From positions 160,001 through 224,000 of the forward strand of contig CBFGKH010000003.1 of assembly GCA_965649295.1 (NCBI GenBank): DNA of 64,000 nucleotides. The letters are read 5' to 3'. The position numbers and the translations under genes were made by a program. A model generated the notes under the pieces. That model did not search any database and had not been told where the DNA came from. It worked only from the letters and a program-made list of their open reading frames with translations. Shown here piece by piece: positions 12,225-22,468 of this stretch (its first letter is position 1; the number at the start of each line of letters is the position of its first letter). The stretch is from a candidate division WOR-3 bacterium (GTDB taxonomy: Bacteria; Hydrothermota; Tepidihabitantia; Tepidihabitantales; Tepidihabitantaceae).

Positions 12225-12521
12225 TTACTTGCTGTCCTTCTCGATAACCGCGAGCACGTCATCCTCGCGCATGATCAGCAGCTCTTCATCACCGATGCGA
12301 ATCTCATTGCCCGAGTACTTGCCGAATAGTATCATATCGCCTTTCTTCAGGCTCATCGGCACGAGCTTGCCGTTATCGTCGTAGCGGCCCGGGCCGACAG
12401 CAATAACCTTCCCCTGCTGTGGCTTCTCTTTGGCGGTATCGGGGATGATAATGCCGCCCTTTTTGACTTCTTCTTCGACTCTCTCGACGAGAATCCGATC
12501 CTGTAGCGGTCGCACTTTCAT
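12225..12521 (-). CDS. groES: Co-chaperonin GroES
   Basis: [21 protein letters not shown] and FGKYSG motifs; AAGGAGG SD. Confidence 0.99.
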   Translation of the reverse strand: MKVRPLQDRILVERVEEEVKKGGIIIPDTAKEKPQQGKVIAVGPGRYDDNGKLVPMSLKKGDMILFGKYSGNEIRIGDEELLIMREDDVLAVIEKDSK

Positions 12522-12773
12522 AACTCCTCCTTAATGGCGTTGTCGAAATAAAGTTAGCAGTAACAAAAGGCCTGCTGCCTGGGTCAACTGCTGACTGACA
12601 TCAGCAGTAACCAGCGCCGGGCCAATATCGTAACTTCTGCAAAGTTACGTCCTTCCCGCGTCTATTAGACACCATTACTCGGCCAAGCGATTCGCCCCAA
12701 AAGCATCAACGCTGGCACTACGCCAGTGACAGTAGCAAGTCTAACCTGTTGTCATTTTGGCTCTTAGGATGGA

Positions 12774-12847
12774 TGGGCGATATCTGAATTGAACAGATGA
12801 CCTCCTCCTTGTAAGGGAGGCGCTCTAGCCAACTGAGCTAATCGCCC
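12774..12847 (-). tRNA. tRNA-Val(TAC)
   Basis: GGGCGAT/ATCGCCC acceptor stem, AGCTCAGTTGG D-arm, CTTACAA anticodon loop, GTTCAATTC T-loop; no encoded CCA. Confidence 0.93.
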
Positions 12848-12967
12848 GAGCATCGGATTATAGGCTGCTGACTACTGCTGTCAACGTTGCTGGTCCGCTG
12901 CCTTCGCCGCTTCGTTGACGGACAGCGCCACGACGGTTATCCTCTGGGTAACCGAAAGGACCCACTG

Positions 12968-14413
12968 ATGGAGATGCCGAACCGACTGCTGATTGCCGGC
13001 GAATGGGTAACAACCCAGCAAGCCCTGCCGGTGCTGAATCCCTGGGATGAATCGGTAATCGCTGAAGTACCGATCGCTGATGAGGCAGTAGTGGACGCCG
13101 CTGTCAGCGCGGCTGAGGCCGGCGCAAAGGAGATGCACCGGCTGCCCGCCCACGCTCGGGCTGATATTCTGTTCCGCACAGCCCGACTCATTGCTGACAA
13201 TGCCGACGAGTTCACCGAAAGCATCGTTCTTGAATGTGGTAAACCCCGTAGGCAGGCGATCATCGAAGTCGGTCGCGCCGTCGAAACGGTTCAGCTCGCA
13301 GCCGAAGAGGCAAAACGAATTCACGGCGAGACAGTCCCGCTCGATGCCTGCCGGGGCTCTGAGCACCGGCGCGGGTTCTTCATCCGTCAGCCGCTTGGCG
13401 TCATTGCCGCTATCACGCCGTTCAACTTCCCCCTCAACCTCGTTGTCCACAAGGTCGCGCCTGCACTGGCCGCGGGCAATTCGGTCGTGCTCAAGCCAGC
13501 AACCAAAACACCGTTGACCGCGCTCCGACTTGGCGCCGTTCTGCTTGAAGCCGGTCTGCCGCCCCACGCGCTCAGCATCGTCATCGGCGCCGGTGAGACT
13601 GTTGGCCGAGCCCTCTGTCGCGACTCCCGGATTCGCATGGTAACCTTCACCGGCAGCCCGGCCGTGGGCGAGTTCATCAAACGTGAATCTGGACTGAAAC
13701 GGGTCACTCTTGAACTCGGCTCCAACTCCGGCGCAATCATTGACGAGACCGCCGACCTCGAACTGGCACTGCCACGCTGCGTTCTCGGTGGATTTGCCTA
13801 TTCTGGTCAGGTCTGCATCCATACCCAGCGTCTCTACCTCCACCATGCAATTGCCGAGCAGTTCTCGGCCCGGTTTGTTGACGCGGCCGAAAAGCTAAGA
13901 TGCGGTGATCCGAGTAGCCCCGACACCGACATCGGGCCGCTCATTGACCGCGCTGCCCTTGCCCGCGGGCTTGCTTTGGTCGAAGAAGCCCGTAGCACTG
14001 GCGCAGAGGTACTATGCGGTGGGACAAGCGAGGGTAATATCATGCATCCAACCGTACTCACCCAGGTTCGACCGGAGCTACCGGTCGTCTGCGAAGAAGC
14101 CTTTGCCCCCATTGTCACTATCGAGACGTTCACCGACTTCGCCGCTGCAATCGCGATGTTCAATGCCGGCTCATCATTTGGCAACTACGACTACGGTCTG
14201 ACTGCCGGTGTCTTCACCAGGGAAATATCGCGGGCGTTTCAGGCCATCGAGGAATTGGCGGTCGGCAGTGTCTATCTGAACGACTCGGCGACCTTCCGCG
14301 CTGACCTACAGCCTTATGGTGGCATTCGCGATTCCGGCATCGGCCGCGAGGGGCCGCGTTTTGCAATCGAGGAGATGACCGAAATCAAGATGGTCTCCTT
14401 CAATCTCGGCTAA
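12968..14413 (+). CDS. NAD(P)-dependent aldehyde dehydrogenase
   Basis: ITPFNFP, FTGS, LELGSN, GQVC (catalytic Cys), EEAFAP and PYGG.RDSG motifs; start set to ATG 12968. Confidence 0.93.
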   Translation: MEMPNRLLIAGEWVTTQQALPVLNPWDESVIAEVPIADEAVVDAAVSAAEAGAKEMHRLPAHARADILFRTARLIADNADEFTESIVLECGKPRRQAIIEVGRAVETVQLAAEEAKRIHGETVPLDACRGSEHRRGFFIRQPLGVIAAITPFNFPLNLVVHKVAPALAAGNSVVLKPATKTPLTALRLGAVLLEAGLPPHALSIVIGAGETVGRALCRDSRIRMVTFTGSPAVGEFIKRESGLKRVTLELGSNSGAIIDETADLELALPRCVLGGFAYSGQVCIHTQRLYLHHAIAEQFSARFVDAAEKLRCGDPSSPDTDIGPLIDRAALARGLALVEEARSTGAEVLCGGTSEGNIMHPTVLTQVRPELPVVCEEAFAPIVTIETFTDFAAAIAMFNAGSSFGNYDYGLTAGVFTREISRAFQAIEELAVGSVYLNDSATFRADLQPYGGIRDSGIGREGPRFAIEEMTEIKMVSFNLG

Positions 14414-14438
14414 TCTGTCACCCGACGAGCAACAAAAT

Positions 14439-14460
14439 GGGGAGGCAGCCCGCCTCCCCG
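14439..14460. terminator. Hairpin between convergent ALDH and pilD
   Basis: GGGGAGGC-AGCCC-GCCTCCCC. Confidence 0.55.
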
Positions 14461-14480
14461 CCGACTTCTATGGCTTGCTG

Positions 14481-15272
14481 CTAGCCGAGCATCGTTCTGA
14501 CGTACCAGCCGAATATCGCCTCGCCAAAGAACAAACCAGTTAGCCCACCTAGTGCCAGAAACGGTCCAAACGGCATCGGCTGCCCAGCCTTCTGCCGACC
14601 AGCAATCCGAGCAACAAGGCCAGCGACCACGCCCATCAAGACTGCCGCAAACAAAGCCACTACCAGGGCCCGCCAGCCGATGAAGGCACCAATCATGGCT
14701 GCGTAAGGCAAGTCTCCAGTGCCCATCCCCTCTTTCTGGTCAACGCCCATCCGACGAAATACCCCGGACAGGACATGCCGCCAGAGCAGTATCGCCAAGG
14801 TAACAAAACCAGCACCTACCAGGGCCGCGATCAGAGCATCGGCCAGCATCGGCGGCGACAGCAGTGCCATTACTAGGCCGATTCCGATTCCCGGAAGGCT
14901 GATTCGAAACGGTATGATCTGGTGGTCGAGATCAATCATTGCAGTGCAAACAAGCAGACATACGAAAACCGCTGCCCTGACGAACTCCCAGGTTGGCCCA
15001 AACCGAAACCAAGCTCCCAAGAAAAGCAATCCGACCAGGCCTTCAACTAGCGGATACCGGATGCTTATTCGCTTACGACAGTGACGGCAACGACCACCGA
15101 GAACCAGGTAGCTCAGAATCGGAACGTTGTCGTAAGGAGCAATCCTCTTTTTGCAGCGCGGGCAGTGCGAGGGCGGCGAGACAATCGACTCGCCCCGCGG
15201 CAGTCGCCAGATACAGACATTGATGAAGCTCCCCAGTACCAACCCGACCAGAACGATAAATACCGGGATCAA
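14481..15272 (-). CDS. pilD: Prepilin peptidase/N-methyltransferase
   Basis: GSFINVCIWRLP, two CxxC pairs, IDL and GMGTGD aspartate motifs, PFGPFL. Confidence 0.93.
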   Translation of the reverse strand: MIPVFIVLVGLVLGSFINVCIWRLPRGESIVSPPSHCPRCKKRIAPYDNVPILSYLVLGGRCRHCRKRISIRYPLVEGLVGLLFLGAWFRFGPTWEFVRAAVFVCLLVCTAMIDLDHQIIPFRISLPGIGIGLVMALLSPPMLADALIAALVGAGFVTLAILLWRHVLSGVFRRMGVDQKEGMGTGDLPYAAMIGAFIGWRALVVALFAAVLMGVVAGLVARIAGRQKAGQPMPFGPFLALGGLTGLFFGEAIFGWYVRTMLG

Positions 15273-16402
15273 TGGCTACCGGCGTTTTGCTCGACTCCGT
15301 CCGGCGGAATAAAGAGCTTCTTGTCGGTCGCAGCCCAGTAAGCAACCTCGGCGCTAATCAGGTCCCGTCGCAGCAAACCAGCCAGACATTGGTCGAGCGT
15401 CTGCATCCCATACTGTGAACCGGTCTGCACTAACGACGCAACCTGATGCGACTTGCCGTCACGGATCATGTTCTTCACTGCCGGCGTCGCAATCAGCACC
15501 TCCATCGCCGCCAGTCGTCCCCGACCATCTTTACGCGGCAGCAGAGTCTGCGAGATGATACCACGAATAACGTTGGCAAAAATCTGCCGCATGTAGTCCT
15601 TGTGGTCAGCTGGAAAGACATCAATGACCCGGTCAACAGTCTGGGCAACACTATTGGTGTGAAGAGTTGACAGAACAAGATGGCCGGTCTCAGCCGCGGT
15701 CAGGGCGAGCTGAATTGTCTCCAGGTCACGCATCTCGCCGACAAGAATGACATTGGGGTCCTCACGCAGGCAGGCACGCAGCGCATTGGCAAACGAGTGC
15801 GAGTGAGTACCAATCTCACGCTGACTGATTAGGCAGTTGCGACCTCGGAAGATATATTCGATTGGATCCTCAATAGTGATGATTCTCGCCGATTGTTCTG
15901 AATCAATCAGGTCAATCATGCTGGCCAGTGTCGTGGACTTGCCGCAACCAGTTGGCCCGGTCACGAGTACCAGACCAGACGTACAGCGCGTCAGCTCAGC
16001 AACTGATGGCGGCGCGGGCAGCTCATCGAGCGTTCGGATACGGGCCGGAATGATGCGAAAGGCCGCCCCGATGCCGGAAGCATCAAGGAAAACGTTCACT
16101 CGCGCCCGTACCCGCTCTGGCGTAACGTAATCAACCGTCACTTCGCCATCCGAGCCACTCGGCGCAGTCCCCCACGTGTAGGACAGATCAAGCTCTCGCC
16201 GCCGCAGCACCGCTGCTCGCTGTTCATCAGTCAGTATCGAAAAGATCAGCGCCTGCGCGTCATCGTGCGCAAGCGCTGGTCCGGGAATTCGTTTCAACCG
16301 GCCGTTCACCCGGATGATCGGCGGATTGCCGGTCGTTAGGTGAAGGTCCGAAGCGCCATACTTGGCCGCATATCGGAGCAGTTCATCGATACTGACGCCC
16401 AT
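15269..16402 (-). CDS. pilT: Type IV pilus retraction ATPase PilT
   Basis: ASDLHL, GPTGCGKSTT, TIEDPIE, LREDP, GEMRD, AETGHL..TLHT, GMQT. Confidence 0.92.
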   Translation of the reverse strand: MGVSIDELLRYAAKYGASDLHLTTGNPPIIRVNGRLKRIPGPALAHDDAQALIFSILTDEQRAAVLRRRELDLSYTWGTAPSGSDGEVTVDYVTPERVRARVNVFLDASGIGAAFRIIPARIRTLDELPAPPSVAELTRCTSGLVLVTGPTGCGKSTTLASMIDLIDSEQSARIITIEDPIEYIFRGRNCLISQREIGTHSHSFANALRACLREDPNVILVGEMRDLETIQLALTAAETGHLVLSTLHTNSVAQTVDRVIDVFPADHKDYMRQIFANVIRGIISQTLLPRKDGRGRLAAMEVLIATPAVKNMIRDGKSHQVASLVQTGSQYGMQTLDQCLAGLLRRDLISAEVAYWAATDKKLFIPPDGVEQNAGSH

Positions 16403-16424
16403 GCCCGGCCTTGGGTGAAGCCAA

Positions 16425-18008
16425 CTATCCCTCCACCGGTAGGATGTGCGGTATCACAAAGATCATCAGGTCAGTCTTGTTGTGAATGACCGATGTCTTC
16501 TTGAATAGATGGCCGATGATTGGGATATCACCGAGGAGCGGAATCTTGCCGACATTCCTTGTCTCCTCGTCCCGAATCAGACCACCAATCACCGCTGCCT
16601 CGCCATCACCAACGACAACCTGAGTCTCAGCGCTGCGTGACGAAACGATTGGCCGCTGGTCGTCAGCCGTCCCGGTATAACCGGTGACTGCCTCGACCTT
16701 TGGATTGAGCACCATTGCCACCTTGCCGTCAGCGGTAGCGTGCGGCGTGACTTCGAGTCGAACCGGCACCGACCGCGTTGTCCAGGTTGAAAGCACTAGT
16801 CCGGTCCGCGGATCGGTCGATATCTGCCGCAGCGGAATCTCGGTACTGACATTCATCGTCGCCTTCTGGTTATCCAACGTCACCGTGCGTGGACTGGCCA
16901 ACACTCGCGAATGTCCGCGCGATTGCAGAATCTCCAGCTTGGCCTGCAGTTGAGCCAGATCAATCTTGCCAACCACGAAGTTATTGTAGATGAACGGCAA
17001 CCCGAAGTCCTTGTTGAAGTCGAAGGCACCGGTCTTGGCCGTTGCCTGTAACTGCCACTCAATACCATAGCGGTCATCGGCAGTCAGGGTCGTCTCGACA
17101 AACTTCGCTTCAATGGCAATCTGTGGCACTGGCCGATCAAACGCGGCAACAACCTGGGCCACCCGCTCCAGCGCCTCAGGTATATCGTACACCACGAGAA
17201 TGCTGGATCGAGTCGAGCCGGTCCCGACACGACGATACGAGACTTCGGCCGAGCCGACTTCAGACAAGGCCTTCTTGACGACCTTCTCCAAGTCCTCGGC
17301 CTCGACATAGTCGAGCTCGAAAACCCGCATCTGCGTCTCACCGTACATCGTCTTCTTGACCGGCTTGACGACAATCACGCCACTTTGGTCTTCAACCATG
17401 TTGCAAAGACCGGCCCGCAGTAACGCCTCAATAGCCGACCGCAGCGGCACATCGGCCAGCCGGACGGTGATGATTGTCTTGACGTCCTGCGAGACAAGGA
17501 TGTTGAGATTGAACTGGCTGGCGATCATCCGCAGGATGTCAGTCAGCTCCGCATCCTTGACATGCAGCGTCAGCCGTTTTCCGGCAAAGAGGTCCTTGGA
17601 CTCAACCGCCGCTGTTTTCGTTACCGGCCGCGTGCCGACATCAATCACCAGGAGACCGTTCTCGGTCGAAACGGTGTGCTTGACCAGTTCCCGCAATCGC
17701 ACTGTCACCCGTAACGCGCCGGCGGCCGCGTTCGGCTCAACCGTCACCGCAGTCACCGGATAATAACGCGATTCGAATCTCGACCGGTCCAGCTTGGGCG
17801 TCGCATTCATGACGTCAATCACGACCGCCGCTGGATCAGCCGTAGTGAATGAACTGATATTGGGTGTGCCGGTACACACCACAGTCACGCGAACGCCGTC
17901 CAACAGTTTGTCCACCGTCACCGCGGTGACGTCCACAGCCTGCTGCGCTGCAACCAGCGAGCACAGACCAAGGACCGCGAGCAATCCAGAAGTTATTCTC
18001 ATAGTCAT
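16425..18008 (-). CDS. pilQ: Secretin PilQ-like (AMIN, STN/N domains, secretin)
   Basis: AMIN-like N-terminus; QIAIEAKFVE; L.VTP; IGGL...KIPLLGDIPIIGHLF; position after pilM/N/O. Confidence 0.88.
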   Translation of the reverse strand: MTMRITSGLLAVLGLCSLVAAQQAVDVTAVTVDKLLDGVRVTVVCTGTPNISSFTTADPAAVVIDVMNATPKLDRSRFESRYYPVTAVTVEPNAAAGALRVTVRLRELVKHTVSTENGLLVIDVGTRPVTKTAAVESKDLFAGKRLTLHVKDAELTDILRMIASQFNLNILVSQDVKTIITVRLADVPLRSAIEALLRAGLCNMVEDQSGVIVVKPVKKTMYGETQMRVFELDYVEAEDLEKVVKKALSEVGSAEVSYRRVGTGSTRSSILVVYDIPEALERVAQVVAAFDRPVPQIAIEAKFVETTLTADDRYGIEWQLQATAKTGAFDFNKDFGLPFIYNNFVVGKIDLAQLQAKLEILQSRGHSRVLASPRTVTLDNQKATMNVSTEIPLRQISTDPRTGLVLSTWTTRSVPVRLEVTPHATADGKVAMVLNPKVEAVTGYTGTADDQRPIVSSRSAETQVVVGDGEAAVIGGLIRDEETRNVGKIPLLGDIPIIGHLFKKTSVIHNKTDLMIFVIPHILPVEG

Positions 18009-18011
18009 GAG

Positions 18012-18488
18012 TTACTCCCCCAGCAACAGGGTGAATGTTCGTCCGCCCTGTTCAAGCGTCACTTTGTCACTCTCGATCCTGACGATTCGCTTGCCGCTGA
18101 TCTGATCACCTTCCTCCAGAATCTGGTTATTGATCAACGCATAGGCCCGATCGCCGCCGAGCGTCACTGCTTTCAGACTCAGATTGGCAAGTTCGTTAAC
18201 CATTACCCAGTCGCGCACAAAAGGATCACTACCCCAGCTCTCAGGCGGGGCCAACGCTGTCTTGGCTGAATCAGCCTTAACCGCACTCGGCTGTGGCGCT
18301 GGTGTCGGTGCTGCCGTTCGACGACGAGCACCCCGTGGTGCCTTGGCAGCAGCGGCATCCCGCAACTGCTCGCCAACGACCCGCACGTCCGCCGTCATCC
18401 GGGCCGACGCTCGTGGCCGCAGGAAGAACGTGTAAACCGCCAGCAGCAGCACCCCCGAGCCAATGATAAGCAAGATTCGCTGTCTCAA
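18012..18488 (-). CDS. Membrane-anchored PilP/GspB-like protein
   Basis: Single TM, Pro/Ala linker, DPF motif, LKAV...ALINNQILEEGD; TTG start after AAGGAG. Confidence 0.6.
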   Translation of the reverse strand: MRQRILLIIGSGVLLLAVYTFFLRPRASARMTADVRVVGEQLRDAAAAKAPRGARRRTAAPTPAPQPSAVKADSAKTALAPPESWGSDPFVRDWVMVNELANLSLKAVTLGGDRAYALINNQILEEGDQISGKRIVRIESDKVTLEQGGRTFTLLLGE

Positions 18489-18528
18489 GTTGCTCCTTTC
18501 CGGGTCAGCATGGCGTCGTCTCCTGACG

Positions 18529-19098
18529 TTATCGCCGTCTCGACCTCGTCGAAGTGGCGCCGAACGTGGTCGGCAGCAAACTTTCGCCAACCTTGACCGT
18601 ACTGCGCCGGCCATAGGCTTCAATCTCAACTCGGTCCGGCAGGATGGCCACTACCCGCCGGCCCATCAAAACATCTCCGACCTGCACCCGCCGGCTATCA
18701 ACCAGTGCGTAGCGTTCATCGCCAAGCGACACGACGGCCTTGAGCACGAACATCTGTTGTCCGCGGCGTCCGCTGCGGCGCCGACCACGCCGGCTGCGCG
18801 CCAATCGGAGCGCCCGCTTACGTTCCCGTTCTTGGCGTCGCAGTTCCTTCTTGCGCGCTCGCTCCTCAGCGCGAATTCGCTTCATCTCCTCTTTGCGTTC
18901 TTCGGCCGTCATTGGTTTCAATCGGCCAGCCGTCTTCCCTGGCGCCTTCCGTCCTTTTGTAGTAGTTGTCGCCTCACTGCTGTCGCCAGCGGCCGGTTTT
19001 TTGCTCTTTGGCCTAGCTGGGCCCTTGGGTCGCAGCAACATGAAGGCCGCAACGCCCACCACTGCCACCAACGCAAGAATGATTACTATTCGCCTCAC
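18529..19098 (-). CDS. Membrane-anchored Arg/Lys-rich PilP-like protein
   Basis: N-terminal TM, highly basic coiled region, C-terminal LKAV..GD.RYALVD...VGD domain resembling the neighbouring gene. Confidence 0.6.
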   Translation of the reverse strand: MRRIVIILALVAVVGVAAFMLLRPKGPARPKSKKPAAGDSSEATTTTKGRKAPGKTAGRLKPMTAEERKEEMKRIRAEERARKKELRRQERERKRALRLARSRRGRRRSGRRGQQMFVLKAVVSLGDERYALVDSRRVQVGDVLMGRRVVAILPDRVEIEAYGRRSTVKVGESLLPTTFGATSTRSRRR

Positions 19099-19673
19099 AG
19101 CCTGCCTCCACCGGCCAGGCTCGATGCGTAGAGATTGAGCAACAGCTTGACCTCAACCTCGGGCCGGATATCCTCCCGCGCCGAAACCTCAAAGTCAGGA
19201 ACGCGCACAAAGTAGGGAAAACGGTCCAAGCCCTCGACGTAGCGGCCAACGTCAAGATAGCGGCCCTGCACTGTTACCATGAACGGTACGCTGCGCAGCG
19301 GTTCGCTCGAAGACTCCTGCTGAAGCAGTGTATCAAGTCCAGGCGGAGAAATCTGGAGAAATCTTACACGATTGTTGTTGGCAAGGGCGGCCAGCTCCCG
19401 TAGCATCGAGAGCATCTGCGAACGAGGGATGACCCGCGCCGCAAATGCTGCGTTGGCTGCCTCGAGCTCAGCCACCCGCGCCCGCAGCCGGCCGATCTCC
19501 TTGACGCGCGCCTGAGTCTCCGCAAGTTGCTTACGGAGCTCAGCCACCTGCGCGGCGTTGCGCTGCCGAGCTGCCAACCTGGGTCGGTAAAGAACCACAA
19601 CTGCAAACACCGCCAGCAGCAAATACACCACTAGCGCCGCAACCAGAATCCGACGTTCAAGTAATGACGCCAT
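19095..19673 (-). CDS. pilO: Type IV pilus assembly protein PilO
   Basis: TM plus coiled coil plus P..V.V.G.Y.....Y ferredoxin-like domain; follows pilMN. Confidence 0.8.
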   Translation of the reverse strand: MASLLERRILVAALVVYLLLAVFAVVVLYRPRLAARQRNAAQVAELRKQLAETQARVKEIGRLRARVAELEAANAAFAARVIPRSQMLSMLRELAALANNNRVRFLQISPPGLDTLLQQESSSEPLRSVPFMVTVQGRYLDVGRYVEGLDRFPYFVRVPDFEVSAREDIRPEVEVKLLLNLYASSLAGGGRL

Positions 19674-19676
19674 AAC

Positions 19677-21296
19677 TTACTCCGTAACGCACTGGACTTC
19701 GAACTCCAGCACCGTCTCACCTTGCAGCATGCTTCGCGTCTTATTGACAAGCTGCACCTGCTGAAAAGCCGGGCTCTGTTCCAGGTCAATTAGGAACTGA
19801 GAGAGGTTAATGTCCAAGAGGAATGGCTCAGCCGATACAACCCCGGTCATCTTGACGTTCTTCTGACCAGACAGGGCGAAGGTACGCAGCTGAATGTTCT
19901 CGGGAACGAGTCTGGTCAGCCAGGCCATCACTGGCACCGAAACCTGTGTCTCACCCACGATATTGGTCAGACTCCGCTGTTTGGCTTCCATCTCGCGAAT
20001 CTGGGCCTCCAGCGCGAAGTACTCCTTGTTCGTCTCCTCGGTTGCCTTAAGCTGACGCTTCAGACGATTGGCCTCGAAGACCGCTGCCTGCGACCAGCCG
20101 GCCAGCATGACATAGACGAGCCCCAGCACGCCGACCCATACAATCGCGCCGATGACTGCCAGCCGCAGGTCTCGGGCCACGAACTTGCCGGTCTTCATCT
20201 CGCTGGGCAAGAGGTCAACCGATGCATGGTCGTGCAACAAACCCAGCGCGGTCACCAACCGATGACCGATCTCTTCCTCCGGCGGAGTCCCCTTCTTGTA
20301 CAGCCCGAACTCCTTGAAAGGATCGAAGAGCTCGGTTGGGATTCCCAAGTTGCTTTGGATATACTCGCGCAGACCGGCCATCGCCGCCGTACCGCCACAG
20401 ATAAGCAGCCGGTCAATCTTGGCTTCACCGAACTCACGACGATAGTAGTCAATCGAACGATTGACCTCGGCGATGAACCGTTCGAGCGCTGGCCGCTGGA
20501 GTGTCGCTAGCCGCTTGACCAGTACGCCCGAGGGCAGTTGCTCGGGTGAATCCTCGGGCGGTATGCCATACTTACGCTTCAGGTTCTCGGCGTCATAGGC
20601 ATCAAGCGCCAGCTGCCCTTCCTCCGTAGTAATCGCCACTGTCATCGCTTCAGTGATGGCATTGCCGGCGGTCGTGATCGTCCGGGCCAGGTCAAGCCGC
20701 TCGCCCTTCATGAAAATCATGTCGGTGAACTCAGCACCGATATCAAGCAGACAGATCGTCTCCTCACCGCGAATCTTACCGTACTTACGTACCGCGGCCT
20801 GCAAAGCGAACGGGATGACGCTGATTGCCGTTGGTTCAAGCCCAGCCTTCCGGAGAGTCGAGATATGGTCCGAGACGATATCCTTTCGGGCAGCGACAAC
20901 CATGACGTTGTCTTTGATCGCGCCGGCCTCCCGTTGCGGTCCGAGTGTCTTGAAATCAAGAATCGCCTCGTCGAGGGTAAAGGGCGAATACTTCTCCAGG
21001 CGCAGCAGGATCGCATCCTTCAGCTCGCGCCGGTTCATCTTTGGGAAAGCGGACTGGCGTAAGCTTACCGATGGGCCAGAAACAAAGCTATAGACCTCGC
21101 TGGGATGGTAGTCCTTGATCAGCTCGCGGAGAATTGACGGTACATCAAATGCCTCGCCAATCTCCTTCAGGCCGTAGTCAACTACCCGGCCGCCCTCCAT
21201 CTTGACGAACTTGACTGAATTGGAACCGATATCGATGCAGAGCGTGCCCTTGCCACCACCGCCAAACAGACTGCCCAAACCACTACCGGTTGCCAA
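19677..21296 (-). CDS. pilM: PilM-PilN fusion protein
   Basis: IDIGSNSVK actin-like fold, LDIGA, CGG; then VDLLP (PilN INLLP-like), TM, coiled coil and PilN domain in one ORF. Confidence 0.85.
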   Translation of the reverse strand: MATGSGLGSLFGGGGKGTLCIDIGSNSVKFVKMEGGRVVDYGLKEIGEAFDVPSILRELIKDYHPSEVYSFVSGPSVSLRQSAFPKMNRRELKDAILLRLEKYSPFTLDEAILDFKTLGPQREAGAIKDNVMVVAARKDIVSDHISTLRKAGLEPTAISVIPFALQAAVRKYGKIRGEETICLLDIGAEFTDMIFMKGERLDLARTITTAGNAITEAMTVAITTEEGQLALDAYDAENLKRKYGIPPEDSPEQLPSGVLVKRLATLQRPALERFIAEVNRSIDYYRREFGEAKIDRLLICGGTAAMAGLREYIQSNLGIPTELFDPFKEFGLYKKGTPPEEEIGHRLVTALGLLHDHASVDLLPSEMKTGKFVARDLRLAVIGAIVWVGVLGLVYVMLAGWSQAAVFEANRLKRQLKATEETNKEYFALEAQIREMEAKQRSLTNIVGETQVSVPVMAWLTRLVPENIQLRTFALSGQKNVKMTGVVSAEPFLLDINLSQFLIDLEQSPAFQQVQLVNKTRSMLQGETVLEFEVQCVTE

Positions 21297-21316
21297 TACT
21301 CCTCCTTATCAAGCCG

Positions 21317-22468
21317 TCACGGTCCCGGCAGGTCGGGAACCTGAACGGTAATCTCGGAGCCATCACTGAAGCGCAGCGCAAACCGACGGCCGTTCACCTG
21401 GGCACGGCCGGTTGCTGCCAGTTCGTCCTTATAGAAGGACTCAAAACGCATCGTCACGGTCTGCGCGCGACTTGCCGCCACCGGATAAACCGGCGTGACA
21501 ATGACAGTATCACCAACCCCCGGCAGCGGTGGACTGAGCGTATCAAGCTGCGCCGGCCGGCCGGGGCTGAGAATTGCTAACTGCTGCAGGAAAATCGAGT
21601 CTGACGGAACAATGTCCGCCAGTCGGAACCAGGCAATCGTGTCGTCCGTGGCTCCGTCGTTAATCAGGTCAAAACTGAAACTCAAGCTATCGGGCGAAAG
21701 ATAAGGCTGTCCAATCATCACCAGCCGATTTCGGAAAGGTCGGCTAAAGCGAAAATCGATAACCGTCCTTGACCGTGGCGCAACTGTCACCCAGCGGACA
21801 ATCGAATCGACTGTCCCGGACAGGGCCACTATCCGGTGAGTACCAATCGGTATCGAGTCCGGGAACTGGTAGAACCCACCCTGGTCAACAAGCGCCACAA
21901 ACTGATTGCCGCCGGACGCCGGATACAGTCGTACCTGCATCATTGCCGCCCGTTCGCCTGGTGGTAGCCCATTGATGTCGGTGATATTGCCACTAACCGA
22001 ATTGCGTGTCAGTAGGGGCAGCGAGTCAATGACTCTGACCGTCATCGGATACTTACCGTTGCCCAGACTGTTCAGCAGCCCGGTATTCGGATCATAACCA
22101 TAAGGGTTTCCCCAGGCGTCGTATAAGAAACCAACGCTGTCGCCACCGACTGACTGTCGCAGATACGGCCCCCGCCAGCGCGGGCTGTTATTGATATTAG
22201 CAACCAATTCCCGTAGGTCGGTCGGCAACCTACCCATGTCGCCATAGAAACCAAAATCGGTCCGCCGCCCCTCACTCACCAGTGCCGGGTCGCCGGCAAT
22301 TGCCTTGACTATCTTTTCCATCTCGGCGGCAGTCTGATCAAAGAGTGAGCGGTCCCGTGCCGTATCAATTGTCCGCAAAGCCACCGTGCTGAGAATACCG
22401 ATTATCAAGAGCACAACCAACAGCTCCATCAAGGTAAAACCACGGCTATTAGCAGTAGTCCAGCTCAC
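21317..22468 (-). CDS. Prepilin-type (minor pilin/pseudopilin) protein with C-terminal Ig-like domains
   Basis: RG|FTLMELLVV class III signal; GspG-like WRGPY...DAWGNPY. Confidence 0.85.
   Translation of the reverse strand: MSWTTANSRGFTLMELLVVLLIIGILSTVALRTIDTARDRSLFDQTAAEMEKIVKAIAGDPALVSEGRRTDFGFYGDMGRLPTDLRELVANINNSPRWRGPYLRQSVGGDSVGFLYDAWGNPYGYDPNTGLLNSLGNGKYPMTVRVIDSLPLLTRNSVSGNITDINGLPPGERAAMMQVRLYPASGGNQFVALVDQGGFYQFPDSIPIGTHRIVALSGTVDSIVRWVTVAPRSRTVIDFRFSRPFRNRLVMIGQPYLSPDSLSFSFDLINDGATDDTIAWFRLADIVPSDSIFLQQLAILSPGRPAQLDTLSPPLPGVGDTVIVTPVYPVAASRAQTVTMRFESFYKDELAATGRAQVNGRRFALRFSDGSEITVQVPDLPGP

Noticed and set aside
12550..12740. Possible CIRCE (HrcA) element upstream of groES
   Set aside because: Only partial half-sites (TTAGCAGTA, CTGGCACTA); no matching GAGTGCTAA arm at 9-nt spacing.
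12881..13846. 321-aa minus-strand ORF
   Set aside because: Antisense shadow of the aldehyde dehydrogenase.
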